Shown piece by piece: positions 11,077 to 21,087 of a stretch of 57,942 nucleotides of DNA. The notes under the pieces were generated by a model, which was given only the letters and a program-made list of their open reading frames with translations, was not told the origin of the DNA and did no database searches. The DNA is from Pseudomonadota bacterium (GTDB taxonomy: Bacteria > Bdellovibrionota > FAC87 > UBA2466), in assembly GCA_043718025.1 (NCBI GenBank), contig JAYSWN010000135.1, positions 1 to 57,942 on the forward strand, read 5' to 3'. The stretch's first letter is position 1, and the number at the start of each line of letters is the position of its first letter. A program made the position numbers and the translations under genes.

Positions 11077-11464
11077 CAGAGGTGATATTGAAATTCTGAT
11101 AGTCTTCGCACTCATACCGGTAAGGGTTGTTCCAAGGATCTTTTACCAACTCTTTTTTTCCAAAATAGCCGCCCTCTGGGTAGTTGTTGGGGGCCTTGCC
11201 CACCGAGGGTTTTCGAATCAAAGCCTCGAGACCTTGAGACGAATGAGGATACATATTGTGAGCTAGGTAGTAGGCCTGCAGCGCTTGCTGATAGGAGGCC
11301 ATTTGAATTTTACCAGCCTGAATTTTGGACTCTTTATACTTGCGGATGACGTTTACGCCCACAAAACTGAATAGCAGGCCAACGATCGCAAGTACGATCA
11401 TGATTTCGATAAGGGTAAAACCCTTTTGACCGGCCCGTTTCCTTAAACTGTTAAAACGCTTCAT
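11027..11464 (-). CDS. gspG: Major pseudopilin GspG
   Basis: G/FTLIEIMIV, QGLEAL, KDPWNNPY and the Ca-binding loop DGPDGEPGTEDD; RBS AGGAG. Confidence 0.96.
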   Translation of the reverse strand: MKRFNSLRKRAGQKGFTLIEIMIVLAIVGLLFSFVGVNVIRKYKESKIQAGKIQMASYQQALQAYYLAHNMYPHSSQGLEALIRKPSVGKAPNNYPEGGYFGKKELVKDPWNNPYRYECEDYQNFNITSDGPDGEPGTEDDIKSE

Positions 11465-11485
11465 GAAAATATCTCCTAAAACTCT

Positions 11486-12709
11486 CTACCCAGGCGTAGT
11501 GCTTAAGTTATTAAGCTCCATCATGGGCATAAAAATCGATAGCGCAACCAACATGATAATACCACCCATGACTAGAATCATAAGGGGCTCAAGTAGCCTT
11601 GTCATTGAATCGATAGCGTTATCGACCTGTTTGTCATAGGAGTCGGAGACTACGTTGAGCATCTGCTCTAGCTCACCCGTTTTTTCGCCAACGGCGATCA
11701 TATGGGTAAGGATGGGTGGAAACTGACCGCTAGCCTTTAACGGCGCCGCAATCGTATGACCTTCTGAAATACTCTCCCTAGACTTGATAAGGGCCTTCCG
11801 GATGACCGCGTTATCCACAACGTCTTTCACAATCTCAATGGCATCCAACAATTGAACGCCGCTGCCTATCATTGTGGCCAGTGTGCGCGAAAAACGTGAC
11901 ACTGCCACCATGCGGCGAAACTTTCCGTAGGCCGGAATTTTAAGGGAAACGGCATCCCACCATTCCCTCCCTTTTCCGGTGCTGGTGTACCACTGAAATA
12001 AAAAGAAAGTGCCCAATAGGCCGATGATGATGGTGAGCCACTGTTTTGACATGAAATCGCTGATGTTAATCATGATCACGGTGAGCAGTGGCAACGCCAT
12101 CTTAGAGCCAGCGAATACTTCGGTGATTTTGGGCACGGCGAAAGCGAATAGGAAAATGGTGATGCCGGTGCCGGCAACCATCATGAAAGCCGGATAGGCC
12201 ATGGCCCCCAGAACTTTGTTGCGCAATTCGTATTGGTTTTCCGCAAAGGCGGCCAATCGGTTGAGAACTAAATCCAGATTTCCCGACGCCTCACCAACCT
12301 GAATCATGGAGATGAAAATCGGAGTGAAAACGCGCGGAAAGGCTTTGCAAGAAACCGCCAGCGACTTGCCTTCGTTGACGCTTTCGCGCACCTGACTCAA
12401 CACACCTTTAAGTTTGGCGTCGTCGGTCTGCTCGACCAAGGCAGCGAGCGCCTCATCGAGTGGAATGCGAGCTTTCACCAGCGTGGCCAGCTGGCGAATC
12501 ATCATCACAAAGTTCTTCATCTTTACGCCACCGCCGAAACCTACGGAGCGTTGCTCTTTCTGCTTCTGACTGTTGCGCTCTTTAATGTCGGTGGTGAGAA
12601 TGCCTTTTTGCTTAAGGCGCAGCCGGGCCGTTTTGGCAGAGTCGGACTCAATTGTCCCTTTCTCTTGCTTTCCGGTGTTGCTGATTCCCTTGTATTCAAA
12701 AAGTGGCAT
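11486..12709 (-). CDS. gspF: Type II secretion inner-membrane platform protein F
   Basis: Two T2SSF repeats (GEASGNL, GEKTGEL), AMAYP and LLEP. Confidence 0.96.
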   Translation of the reverse strand: MPLFEYKGISNTGKQEKGTIESDSAKTARLRLKQKGILTTDIKERNSQKQKEQRSVGFGGGVKMKNFVMMIRQLATLVKARIPLDEALAALVEQTDDAKLKGVLSQVRESVNEGKSLAVSCKAFPRVFTPIFISMIQVGEASGNLDLVLNRLAAFAENQYELRNKVLGAMAYPAFMMVAGTGITIFLFAFAVPKITEVFAGSKMALPLLTVIMINISDFMSKQWLTIIIGLLGTFFLFQWYTSTGKGREWWDAVSLKIPAYGKFRRMVAVSRFSRTLATMIGSGVQLLDAIEIVKDVVDNAVIRKALIKSRESISEGHTIAAPLKASGQFPPILTHMIAVGEKTGELEQMLNVVSDSYDKQVDNAIDSMTRLLEPLMILVMGGIIMLVALSIFMPMMELNNLSTTPG

Positions 12710-12711
12710 TT

Positions 12712-14457
12712 TTAGTCCTGCGTTACGGAGACCAATTCGACGGGAGTGGTCGCCCCCTCGAGCACCTTCTGGATGCCATTCTGCCGTAGCGAAATCATAC
12801 CATTGGCTTGAGCCGCCTTCTTAATAAGACTAGCGTCCGCTTTGCTCATAACGAGATTACGTATGTTATCGTCAATGTGCATCAGCTCGTGCACGACCAT
12901 CCGGCCTTTGTAGCCCGTGCCGCCGCATTCGTGGCAGCCGGGAGCCTTGGCGATTTTGGCTCCGCCAAAAATGTTTCCCTCGAGGCCGATATTTTCAAGC
13001 TCGAGATTGGTCGGAACGTGGTACTCGACACATTTTTTGCAGACCTTGCGGATCAAGCGCTGGGCGAGCACGGCAATCAGTGACGAAGAGACCAAGAATG
13101 GCTCAACGCCCATGTCGATAAGTCGGGTCACGGCCCCGGGGGCATCGTTGGTATGAATCGTCGCGAATACAAAGTGACCAGTAAGCGAAGCTTGAATCGC
13201 AATCTCAGCCGTCTCTTTGTCGCGAATCTCGCCCACCATGATTACGTCAGGATCCTGACGTAGAATGGCGCGGAGGCCCGAGGCAAAAGTGAGTCCAATC
13301 TTTGGGTTTGCCTGAATTTGGCCAATTCCTTTGAGGTCGTATTCAATCGGATCTTCGACGGTAATGATGTTGCGATCGACGGAATTGATACGCGACAACG
13401 CCGCGTATAACGATGTGGTTTTGCCCGATCCCGTAGGGCCGGTAACCAGAAAAATTCCGTGAGTCTTGCGGATGATGATGTTGATGTCGCGAATGGATCT
13501 TTCATCAAAACCAAGGTCTTCTAGATCGAGCCGGACCGCACTCTTATCCAAGATACGAAGCACCAGGCGCTCGCCATGCGCGGTAGGAATTACCGAAAGC
13601 CGAAGATCGACGTCTTTACCGGCAATTTTAATTTTAATGCGACCGTCTTGAGGCAATCGTTTCTCGGCGATGTCGAGCTCACCCATCAACTTAATGCGCG
13701 AGGCCACGCCGGCATGCAGCCCTTTGGGCGGGCGGGCCACTTCGTACAGGTCACCGTCGATGCGCAAACGAACGATCATTTCGCGTTCATAAGGTTCAAT
13801 ATGAATGTCAGAGGCTTTGTCTTTGATTGCGCGGAACATGAGATTATTTACGAAGCGGATGACCGGCGCATCGGACTCGGAGCTTTCTAAAAGATCGATC
13901 GTATCGTCGAGATCGTATTCGAACTCTTCTTCTTCCTCTTCTGACATCTCAGAAGTAAGGTTATTACGAACGCGCTCGTAAACGCGGTTGATGGCGTCGA
14001 GCACGACTTTGCTTTCGCAAAGGACCGGCTTCACCTCTTTTTGAAAGACTACCCGCAAATCGTCGAGCACTTGAAGATTGAAAGGATCAGAGATCGCAAC
14101 GGTAGCGGCGATTTCGTCGATCGCAACGGGTATCACTTCAAATTGGCGTGCATAGCTGATGGGGATGTCCTTCACCCAATCAGGATTGATGTGGTTGACG
14201 TCGAGCTCTTTTAAACAAGGGATGCCGAGTTGCAGGCCAAGGGCGAGAAGAATTTCGTGGGGCTGAAGAAATTTACGTTGGACTAAAATCTCGCCGAGCC
14301 GGCCGCCTTTTTCTTTCTGGATCTGGAGAGCTTCTTTCAGCTGGGCTTCGGTGAGACTGGTTTGAGAGAGCAAGATCTGGCCGATCTTAGCCTCTTGCTT
14401 CATAGCGCGTTGGATCAGACTGACGGCCGGTTTAGTGACGTCGGTGCTGTCAGCCAT
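12712..14457 (-). CDS. gspE: Type II secretion ATPase E with N-terminal MshEN domain
   Basis: ASDIHIEP, RLPQDG, Walker A GPTGSGKT, LRQDPDVIMVGEIRD and the CKKC/CHEC zinc motif. Confidence 0.97.
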   Translation of the reverse strand: MADSTDVTKPAVSLIQRAMKQEAKIGQILLSQTSLTEAQLKEALQIQKEKGGRLGEILVQRKFLQPHEILLALGLQLGIPCLKELDVNHINPDWVKDIPISYARQFEVIPVAIDEIAATVAISDPFNLQVLDDLRVVFQKEVKPVLCESKVVLDAINRVYERVRNNLTSEMSEEEEEEFEYDLDDTIDLLESSESDAPVIRFVNNLMFRAIKDKASDIHIEPYEREMIVRLRIDGDLYEVARPPKGLHAGVASRIKLMGELDIAEKRLPQDGRIKIKIAGKDVDLRLSVIPTAHGERLVLRILDKSAVRLDLEDLGFDERSIRDINIIIRKTHGIFLVTGPTGSGKTTSLYAALSRINSVDRNIITVEDPIEYDLKGIGQIQANPKIGLTFASGLRAILRQDPDVIMVGEIRDKETAEIAIQASLTGHFVFATIHTNDAPGAVTRLIDMGVEPFLVSSSLIAVLAQRLIRKVCKKCVEYHVPTNLELENIGLEGNIFGGAKIAKAPGCHECGGTGYKGRMVVHELMHIDDNIRNLVMSKADASLIKKAAQANGMISLRQNGIQKVLEGATTPVELVSVTQD

Positions 14458-14465
14458 AGGGAACC

Positions 14466-17117
14466 TTAACCTTTCGGGGCTTTTTCTTCGGAGCCATCGG
14501 GAATAAGCGGCGCATCGCCCTCAGGTTTTTCCACGGGCTCAACACTATCAGGTAAGTTAGCTTTGCGGGCTTTTTCTGCCGTTGGTGAATCGAAGCGGGA
14601 TTCTGCCCTAGAACTTGGTTTTTTTTGCGGGCCGTCATCGTCCTGCATTTGGTTTTGGTAATCGAAAGGCCGCTCGCGCTTACCGCGACGAATCTGTTCC
14701 ATAATCTTTTGCTGGTAATCGGCCGCCTGGTTTTCAAACTCGTCATCACCACCTGCGTTGCGGTCGATGAAGTCAGTGCGCTTCTGCAACTTCTCGTCGA
14801 TAAGGCTCGCCGAATCTAAACTGGTGCCAATGATGCGGGGATGCAGAAGAATGATTAAATTAGTTTTCGCCACGGTATACGTGCGGCTCTTAAACAACCA
14901 ACCAAGTACTGGAATGTCGCCGAGCAAGGGCATCTTCTGGACGGACTCATCGACCTTGTCGGACATCAAACCACCGAGCATTACGAAATCGCGATCTTTA
15001 ACTACCACTGAGGTGTTGGTAATGCGTGACGTAGTGGCGCGCTGAATTTGTGCCAACGCCTGCGGCACTTCAGAGTTGGCCTTTACGTTGTCGACCTTTT
15101 GTTCAATTTCTAAACGAATAGTGCGGCTTGCGGCGTTTACGTGCGGCGTAAGCTTGATCTCAATACCAGTTTTCAAACGTTCGATGGTTCCAGTTGCGGT
15201 ACCTGGACTAGCGGTAGTTCCCGCTACAAGCGAGGTTTGTACGGGAGTTTCGTCGAGAACTTTGAATTCGGCTTTTTCATTATCCAGGGCGATGATTTGA
15301 GGCGTTGAGAGCACTGACGTGTTCGAAGTTTTGGTGATCAAGTTTAAAAAGCCCATGAAGGTAGTGACGGTGATGGGCACACTGGTTCCCCCCGCTCCAG
15401 CGAGACTGGCGCCGAAGGCGGGACCGGCCAAGATGGGCAGGGTTGCGCCATCGGGTAGTCCAGTTTTAGTCAGAATTTTTGTAACCGTATCGCTATCGCC
15501 GATGAAACCGCCGCCGAAGCCTTGGTTTGGCACGCCGATGATCGAGTTCACGCCGACTTTGCTCTGGTCTCCGAGTGACACTTCAAGAATCGCGGTTTCC
15601 ACAAAAACCTGGAGACGCGGAATGTCGAGCTTACGGATAACCCGCTTCAAAGTTTGGTAATCGGAAGCGTTGGCAGTGATGACCAGTGAGTTGGTTGCCG
15701 CATCCGAAGTGATTTTGACGCCGCCTTCTAGTTCAGCCGTAACCGGCCCGGCTGGGGCGCCACCTGCGGGCGCGCCGGGTGCGCCGGAAGTTACTTTGGT
15801 ATTTCGGCTACCCGAACGGCCGCCGGATCCACCGGCTCCGCCGCCCGAAAGGGAGGCAAGGGTTGCCGCGAGATCTTCAGCCTTGGCGTATTCGCAATAA
15901 TAGACATGAATTCGACCCGTGTCGGTGACTTTGACGTCGAGCTTTGACACCAGCTGCATTAAGGAAAGAAAGCCTGCCTTGTTCGCCAGTACGACGAGAC
16001 TATTCGTGGCTTCGTCAGGAATGATTTTGCTTATTTGTCCGCCGCCACGGGTCCTTTCTAGGGCGCTTCGCCGGAAGTTACGCGGGCCGCTCGCACTCCC
16101 TTTAGCCTCACCGTAAATCTCGCCCAGCATGTCAGAAATGACTTTGGCTGAAGTGTGGCGGATTTTAAGCACGTGCAAAGTGGTTTCGAAACTCTTGACG
16201 TCGAGGGTACGCAAAATGCCTTCGATGCGATGAATGTTGGAGCCCGTATCCGTAATAATGATTGAGTTGGTGGGCTCGTAAGCAAAAAGTTTGCCCTGAC
16301 GTGTCGTGAGATCGCGGAACTCTCTCTGCACTTCATCCGCGTTGATGTACTTTAATTGAAATATGCGAGTGATGAATTGATCGGTGTTCGGAGCAAAATC
16401 GCCGGAGTAGGTTTCTACCGGAGCGCGGCGAGCCTCGGCCGATTCAATGACGCGAATGAATTTGCCCGACTGAACCGTAGTAAGGCCATTGGCTTCCAAA
16501 GCGGAGAGGAACGCTTGATAAGCTTCCTGCAGCGTCACTTGGCTTGGCCCGATGATGGTAATCTTGCCGCGGACTTTGTTGTCTAAAATGAAGTTTTTGC
16601 CAGTCCATTTACTGATGAGCGTAACGACGTCTTTGATGTCTTTATCGGGAAGGTCGAAGTTCTTCACTTCAAGGCTCTTCACCGAATTATCTAGCTCAAG
16701 GTAGTCGGCAAGTTTTGGCGCTTTTTTGCCAGCTTTTGGGTTGGCCGTTTTCGAAGGGGCGGGCGTCGTTTTCGAAGGGGCTCCGGTTGAGTACTTGGTT
16801 CCCGCTGGCGCTGCCGTGCCCGGATCTTTGGGAACCGCCGGCGTTGGCGAGTTGGCATCAGGAAAAGTGGGTGGTGGAGGATTAGGCGCCGAGCCAAAAC
16901 CAAAATTCTGGGTGGAGTCTACGAAATCGTCTTCTTCTTGGAATTCGCTAGGGGGCGGTGGTGGCGGAATGGCCGAAGGGTTACCCGCTTCACCGCCGCC
17001 AAAAGGGTTGGTCTCTTCCGCCGTTGACGGAAAGGTTAGAAAAGCGGCCACAAAAAACGAGGCGGCGAATATTCGCATGAAGTGGAAGGTCTTAATTTTG
17101 GTTCGCCTTTCCATCAT
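14466..17117 (-). CDS. gspD: Type II secretion secretin D
   Basis: Signal peptide, N0 domain (KNFILDNKVRGKITI), N1-N3 repeats (TNSL) and the secretin motif PLLGDIPVLGWLF. Confidence 0.96.
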   Translation of the reverse strand: MMERRTKIKTFHFMRIFAASFFVAAFLTFPSTAEETNPFGGGEAGNPSAIPPPPPPSEFQEEDDFVDSTQNFGFGSAPNPPPPTFPDANSPTPAVPKDPGTAAPAGTKYSTGAPSKTTPAPSKTANPKAGKKAPKLADYLELDNSVKSLEVKNFDLPDKDIKDVVTLISKWTGKNFILDNKVRGKITIIGPSQVTLQEAYQAFLSALEANGLTTVQSGKFIRVIESAEARRAPVETYSGDFAPNTDQFITRIFQLKYINADEVQREFRDLTTRQGKLFAYEPTNSIIITDTGSNIHRIEGILRTLDVKSFETTLHVLKIRHTSAKVISDMLGEIYGEAKGSASGPRNFRRSALERTRGGGQISKIIPDEATNSLVVLANKAGFLSLMQLVSKLDVKVTDTGRIHVYYCEYAKAEDLAATLASLSGGGAGGSGGRSGSRNTKVTSGAPGAPAGGAPAGPVTAELEGGVKITSDAATNSLVITANASDYQTLKRVIRKLDIPRLQVFVETAILEVSLGDQSKVGVNSIIGVPNQGFGGGFIGDSDTVTKILTKTGLPDGATLPILAGPAFGASLAGAGGTSVPITVTTFMGFLNLITKTSNTSVLSTPQIIALDNEKAEFKVLDETPVQTSLVAGTTASPGTATGTIERLKTGIEIKLTPHVNAASRTIRLEIEQKVDNVKANSEVPQALAQIQRATTSRITNTSVVVKDRDFVMLGGLMSDKVDESVQKMPLLGDIPVLGWLFKSRTYTVAKTNLIILLHPRIIGTSLDSASLIDEKLQKRTDFIDRNAGGDDEFENQAADYQQKIMEQIRRGKRERPFDYQNQMQDDDGPQKKPSSRAESRFDSPTAEKARKANLPDSVEPVEKPEGDAPLIPDGSEEKAPKG

Positions 17118-18169
17118 TTAACATCGTAGTTTAGGGTTTGTTCTGATCCGCCCCGTATAAATTTAAGCGAAATTTTCTGGGAAGCGCGGAGTCGCTGAAA
17201 CGCTTCGAGACCTTTGCCGGCATTATCGAGAACAATATCGTTAACGCCGGTGAGAACATCGCCTTGGCGAATTCCCAGCTGAGAAAATAAAGAACCTTGG
17301 TCGATAGTCTGTACCAGGAAGCCACGGAACTTGCCGGTGGACGGGTCGACGTAGGGAACCGCACGCGCCGTTTGAAGCACTTCGCTTAGGTTAAGCAGGT
17401 TCTTTTGCAGAAAATCATTTTTAATCGTGAATTGGCCTTCACTTACCGGAGTGATGCCGTCAGTGGCGCTGACCATGGACGGAGTGGCGGTGCCTAAGTT
17501 TTCTTCGGGAATCTCGATAAACTCATAATCTTGGGTCGCCTTAACTTGGAAGCAGAGTTTTTTTCGCTCAACTTTGAGCGCCTGGAATTTACCGTCACCG
17601 AAAACGTCGTCTTTTTTTACCGCTAGGCGTATTGAACCTTCATCCTGGAGAAGGGCGACAGAATGTCTCTCGTCATTCATGACGATGGTTCCCAGTAGCG
17701 ATATTCGGGTCGCAGACAATTTGGCCTGACTCATGCAGTCAAGCTGGCCCTGATCGAACGGATCGGGAATTTTGCCTTCCACGTTAAACATGTTGCGCCT
17801 CAGAATGGCGTCGTAGTCTTCCACAGGCGGCTGGTTGGTATTGCGCTGCACAGAAGGACGGGCAGCTAAGGGGGCATAGGACGGCTTCAACCACAAGCCA
17901 ATGAGGCTCGACGTGAGGCTGGCTAATAAGAATAAGGCTAAGATTACTAGGCCCCATTGAATCCCCGTCGAATATTGAGAAACGTTTTTGAGATCAACCT
18001 TACGAAAATCGAAATCGAAGTCTTTTAGCTTTCCAGGAATTTTTTTTCTGAAGTTTGCGGTCACTTCACGCAGCTTCTGCGTTTGCATCGACTGTTGACT
18101 GCGTTGGCCAGCGCCTCGCAACCAATCAATCAGTCGCTTCATAAAATTTGATTTTTGCTTCTCCGACAC
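17114..18169 (-). CDS. gspC: Type II secretion protein C with C-terminal PDZ domain
   Basis: TM segment, HR domain (LLGTIV) and PDZ (LGIRQGDVLTGVN). GTG start at 18169 chosen because GAGGA lies just upstream and it is downstream of the sigma54 site. Confidence 0.9.
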   Translation of the reverse strand: MSEKQKSNFMKRLIDWLRGAGQRSQQSMQTQKLREVTANFRKKIPGKLKDFDFDFRKVDLKNVSQYSTGIQWGLVILALFLLASLTSSLIGLWLKPSYAPLAARPSVQRNTNQPPVEDYDAILRRNMFNVEGKIPDPFDQGQLDCMSQAKLSATRISLLGTIVMNDERHSVALLQDEGSIRLAVKKDDVFGDGKFQALKVERKKLCFQVKATQDYEFIEIPEENLGTATPSMVSATDGITPVSEGQFTIKNDFLQKNLLNLSEVLQTARAVPYVDPSTGKFRGFLVQTIDQGSLFSQLGIRQGDVLTGVNDIVLDNAGKGLEAFQRLRASQKISLKFIRGGSEQTLNYDVK

Positions 18170-18198
18170 ACCTTTTCCTCGTGGCAACTACGAGATAG

Positions 18199-18214
18199 TG
18201 CAAGGCGAGTGCCA
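18199..18214 (-). promoter_or_regulatory. Sigma54 (-24/-12) promoter of the gsp operon
   Basis: The minus strand reads TGGCACTCGCCTTGCA, a match to TGGCAC-N5-TTGCA, 30 nt upstream of gspC. Confidence 0.85.
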
Positions 18215-18347
18215 GGTCACTTCTAGGCGGAGTAGCCCTGTAATATCCGGTTTATGCACCATGTCATGGACGTGTTGTCAAACACAGGACTCCCCGGGGG
18301 CATAAACCGTGACAAACTGTCTTGAGGAGTAGAAAAAGAAAAAAAGC

Positions 18348-18701
18348 ATGGCAAAAGACGATCAGAAATTTGTACAGGCCTGTGTCTATTTTAACGCAGG
18401 GGATTATTTTGAGGCTCATGAAAGTTGGGAAGATCTTTGGAATGAAGCCCATGGCGCGCGTCATGCCTACCTTCAAGGTTTGATTCAAGTCGCCGTTGCC
18501 CTGCATCACGCCGGCAACCAAAATCTGCGGGGAAGTAAGAAGCTGTTCGCCTCAGCCCTGGATTATTTGGAAAAAGGGCGAGAAGAGGCGGATGAAGTGG
18601 ATGTGGATGAGTTGGTGCAGCGCGTTCTAGAGTTTCAAAATGCGGTGGATGACGAAACCCGCGAGACAGAATATCCGTATTTTAAATTACCCATGCGGTA
18701 A
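18348..18701 (+). CDS. DUF309-family protein
   Basis: FNAGDYFEAHESWEDLW and QGLIQVAVALHH motifs. Confidence 0.9.
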   Translation: MAKDDQKFVQACVYFNAGDYFEAHESWEDLWNEAHGARHAYLQGLIQVAVALHHAGNQNLRGSKKLFASALDYLEKGREEADEVDVDELVQRVLEFQNAVDDETRETEYPYFKLPMR

Positions 18702-18799
18702 TTTTTGTTCTCAAACATTCAATAAATTTGGAGCGTTAGGTCACTACTCCCTTGGGGAGCCGTGATAGATTTGGCAGGACCTTAACCAAAAGGAACTCC

Positions 18800-20191
18800 A
18801 TGAAAACCCAACGCCCTCACCCAAAGACCCTACTCTTTGCGGTCTCATTTTGCGTAGTTGCGGCCGCGGTGACTCCCGACCAAAAAAACTTGCCGCGCGG
18901 ACTAGCCCCGTTTGAGTCTGCGGTTCAACTGAGCCGAACCGCAGAGGTAACGGACCCACCCACCGGCCACATACGCTCTCTCGCCGAATGGGAAGATGCC
19001 GAAGCAGTAATGACCTTGTGGCCGAACCCGTCGCTTATCGAAGCCCTTACCGCTCACGGCAACGTACGGATTCTCACCGATGGGGCTCGTGAGCAATCGT
19101 GGTGGGCCAATTGGCTCGCCAGCAACAACCTCTCGAGCGAAAAAATTTCTTATTTCAATGTGCGCACTGACAGCATGTGGGTACGCGACTACGGTCCGTG
19201 GTTTATTTTCGACGGAAACGGAAAAATGGGCATCGTAGACACGATTTACAATCGGCCTCGTCCCAATGACGACCTGGTGCCGCAATTCTTAGGGAAAGAA
19301 CTGAAGCTACCCGTTTACCAACCGGGCTTGGTGCATACGGGCGGAAATTATTATAACGATGGTATCGTCGATGCTTTTTCATCCACCCTGGTTTACTCCG
19401 AAAATGCATCGCTGAAGAAAACCGAAGTGAATGGGCGGATGTTGTCGTATTTAGGCATCGAGAACTACACCACCGCTAACCTTGCCCCCAAAATTACCAT
19501 TCAGCACATCGACACCTTCGGAAAACTGGTAACGCCCGATACCTGGGTGTTTAGTGAGTTTCCGGTAGGGTCGCGCTTTCGTCAGGATTCTGAAAACTAC
19601 GTTGCGTTGCTGAAGAAAATGAATAGCCCGTACGGAACACCGTACAAGATTTTACGAATGAAGATGCACTTGCGCGAAGGGGTAACGAGAGAAAGTCGAG
19701 CCGAAGATTACCGCGCCTACATAAATTCTTTTATCAGCAATCGCGTACTGTATTACCCCTCGTACAATGATGAGATCGATGCCGAAGCTAAGTCGGTCTA
19801 CCAGGAAGCGCTGCCCGGCTATGAAATTGTGGGAGTCAATAACGGTAACACGTCGTGGGGCGATTCGGTTCATTGCCGCAATCGCAATCTACTGCGGACC
19901 GGCTCACTCCACCTTTTTGCATGGATCAAGAACAACGTGCTCTGGGTGGAGGCTTACCCCTCTCCCGATGCCGTGATGGCGGACGTTCCGTTGGTAACTG
20001 TCTCCGGCAGTCTGCGGCAACCCCGGGTAGCCGAAATGACTCGTTCGGGTGACCGACTGTTTCACTTTGACATTGCCGGACGATCTCAAGAAAAATTGCA
20101 GTTTGAGGTCAGCGCCGTGGACAGTCGGGGAATGACTAAAATCATTCCCCAAGGCGCACCTAGGATGAAGATTGATTACGTACTTCCTTAA
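18800..20191 (+). CDS. Agmatine/peptidylarginine deiminase family protein with a predicted signal peptide
   Basis: AEWE, WVRDYGP, GGN, HIDT and catalytic VHC motifs; hydrophobic N-terminus; RBS AAGGA before ATG 18800. Confidence 0.88.
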   Translation: MKTQRPHPKTLLFAVSFCVVAAAVTPDQKNLPRGLAPFESAVQLSRTAEVTDPPTGHIRSLAEWEDAEAVMTLWPNPSLIEALTAHGNVRILTDGAREQSWWANWLASNNLSSEKISYFNVRTDSMWVRDYGPWFIFDGNGKMGIVDTIYNRPRPNDDLVPQFLGKELKLPVYQPGLVHTGGNYYNDGIVDAFSSTLVYSENASLKKTEVNGRMLSYLGIENYTTANLAPKITIQHIDTFGKLVTPDTWVFSEFPVGSRFRQDSENYVALLKKMNSPYGTPYKILRMKMHLREGVTRESRAEDYRAYINSFISNRVLYYPSYNDEIDAEAKSVYQEALPGYEIVGVNNGNTSWGDSVHCRNRNLLRTGSLHLFAWIKNNVLWVEAYPSPDAVMADVPLVTVSGSLRQPRVAEMTRSGDRLFHFDIAGRSQEKLQFEVSAVDSRGMTKIIPQGAPRMKIDYVLP

Positions 20192-20214
20192 TACTCTTTA
20201 AGAACGGAACAACT

Positions 20215-21087
20215 ATGTCGAACGCAACTTTGCCTACCGTTTTGCCCGAACGAAAACGTGTCTTAATGGTGGACCCTAAATACTTCGACGTTAAATATTC
20301 GATCAACCCCTTTATGAAAGACGGTGCTGGGGTGTTGAACAAAGTGGATAAGGTTAAAGCGCGCCAGCAGTGGGAAAATTTGGGTGAGGCTTACCGTAAT
20401 CTTGGCTTCGAAGTGATAGTGCTTCCGGCCCAGCCGGATTTGCCCGATATGGTTTTTTCCGCCAATCAGAGCTTTCCGTTTTGGCTCAAAGACAAAAATA
20501 TGCCGGCGGTGATTTTATCGAGCATGGCTTCCCCATTTCGCAAAGCAGAAGTGCCATTTTTTGCCGAATGGTACGAAGAGAGAGGGTACCAAATTTTCAC
20601 CCTGCCCGATGAGAGTCTGACTTTTGAGGGAAATGGCGATGTGCTCATTCAAAATTCACAACCGGTAATCTGGGCGGCAAATGGACCACGCACAAGCGTA
20701 AAGGTGGCTAAGCACCTTGAAGAAATTACCGACTACCAAGTGAATTCAATTACTCTTCGCCATTCTGATTTTTACCACTTGGATACGTGCTTCTCAGTTT
20801 TGAACGATTCGACCGTGGCCTTGTATCCGAGTGCCTTTGATAGCGATGACTTGCGCACGATTCGAAAAGGTTTTTCAAAAGTGATCGAATTAGATTTCGA
20901 AGAATGCCATTTTGCCTTTGCTGGAAACTGCCATTCGCCCGACGGAAAAAACGTAATTCTGCAACCCGGAGCCGAACGGTTTAAGGCCGAGCTAACCAAC
21001 CGCGGCTTCAATGCGGTGGAGGTGGATACGTCGGAATTTATGAAATCGGGCGGATCGGCATTTTGTATGAAGATGATGGTGTTTTAG
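20215..21087 (+). CDS. Amidinotransferase / dimethylarginine dimethylaminohydrolase-like protein
   Basis: INPFM, LPDMVF, FEGNGD, FYHLDTC and GGSAFCM (catalytic Cys). Confidence 0.88.
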   Translation: MSNATLPTVLPERKRVLMVDPKYFDVKYSINPFMKDGAGVLNKVDKVKARQQWENLGEAYRNLGFEVIVLPAQPDLPDMVFSANQSFPFWLKDKNMPAVILSSMASPFRKAEVPFFAEWYEERGYQIFTLPDESLTFEGNGDVLIQNSQPVIWAANGPRTSVKVAKHLEEITDYQVNSITLRHSDFYHLDTCFSVLNDSTVALYPSAFDSDDLRTIRKGFSKVIELDFEECHFAFAGNCHSPDGKNVILQPGAERFKAELTNRGFNAVEVDTSEFMKSGGSAFCMKMMVF

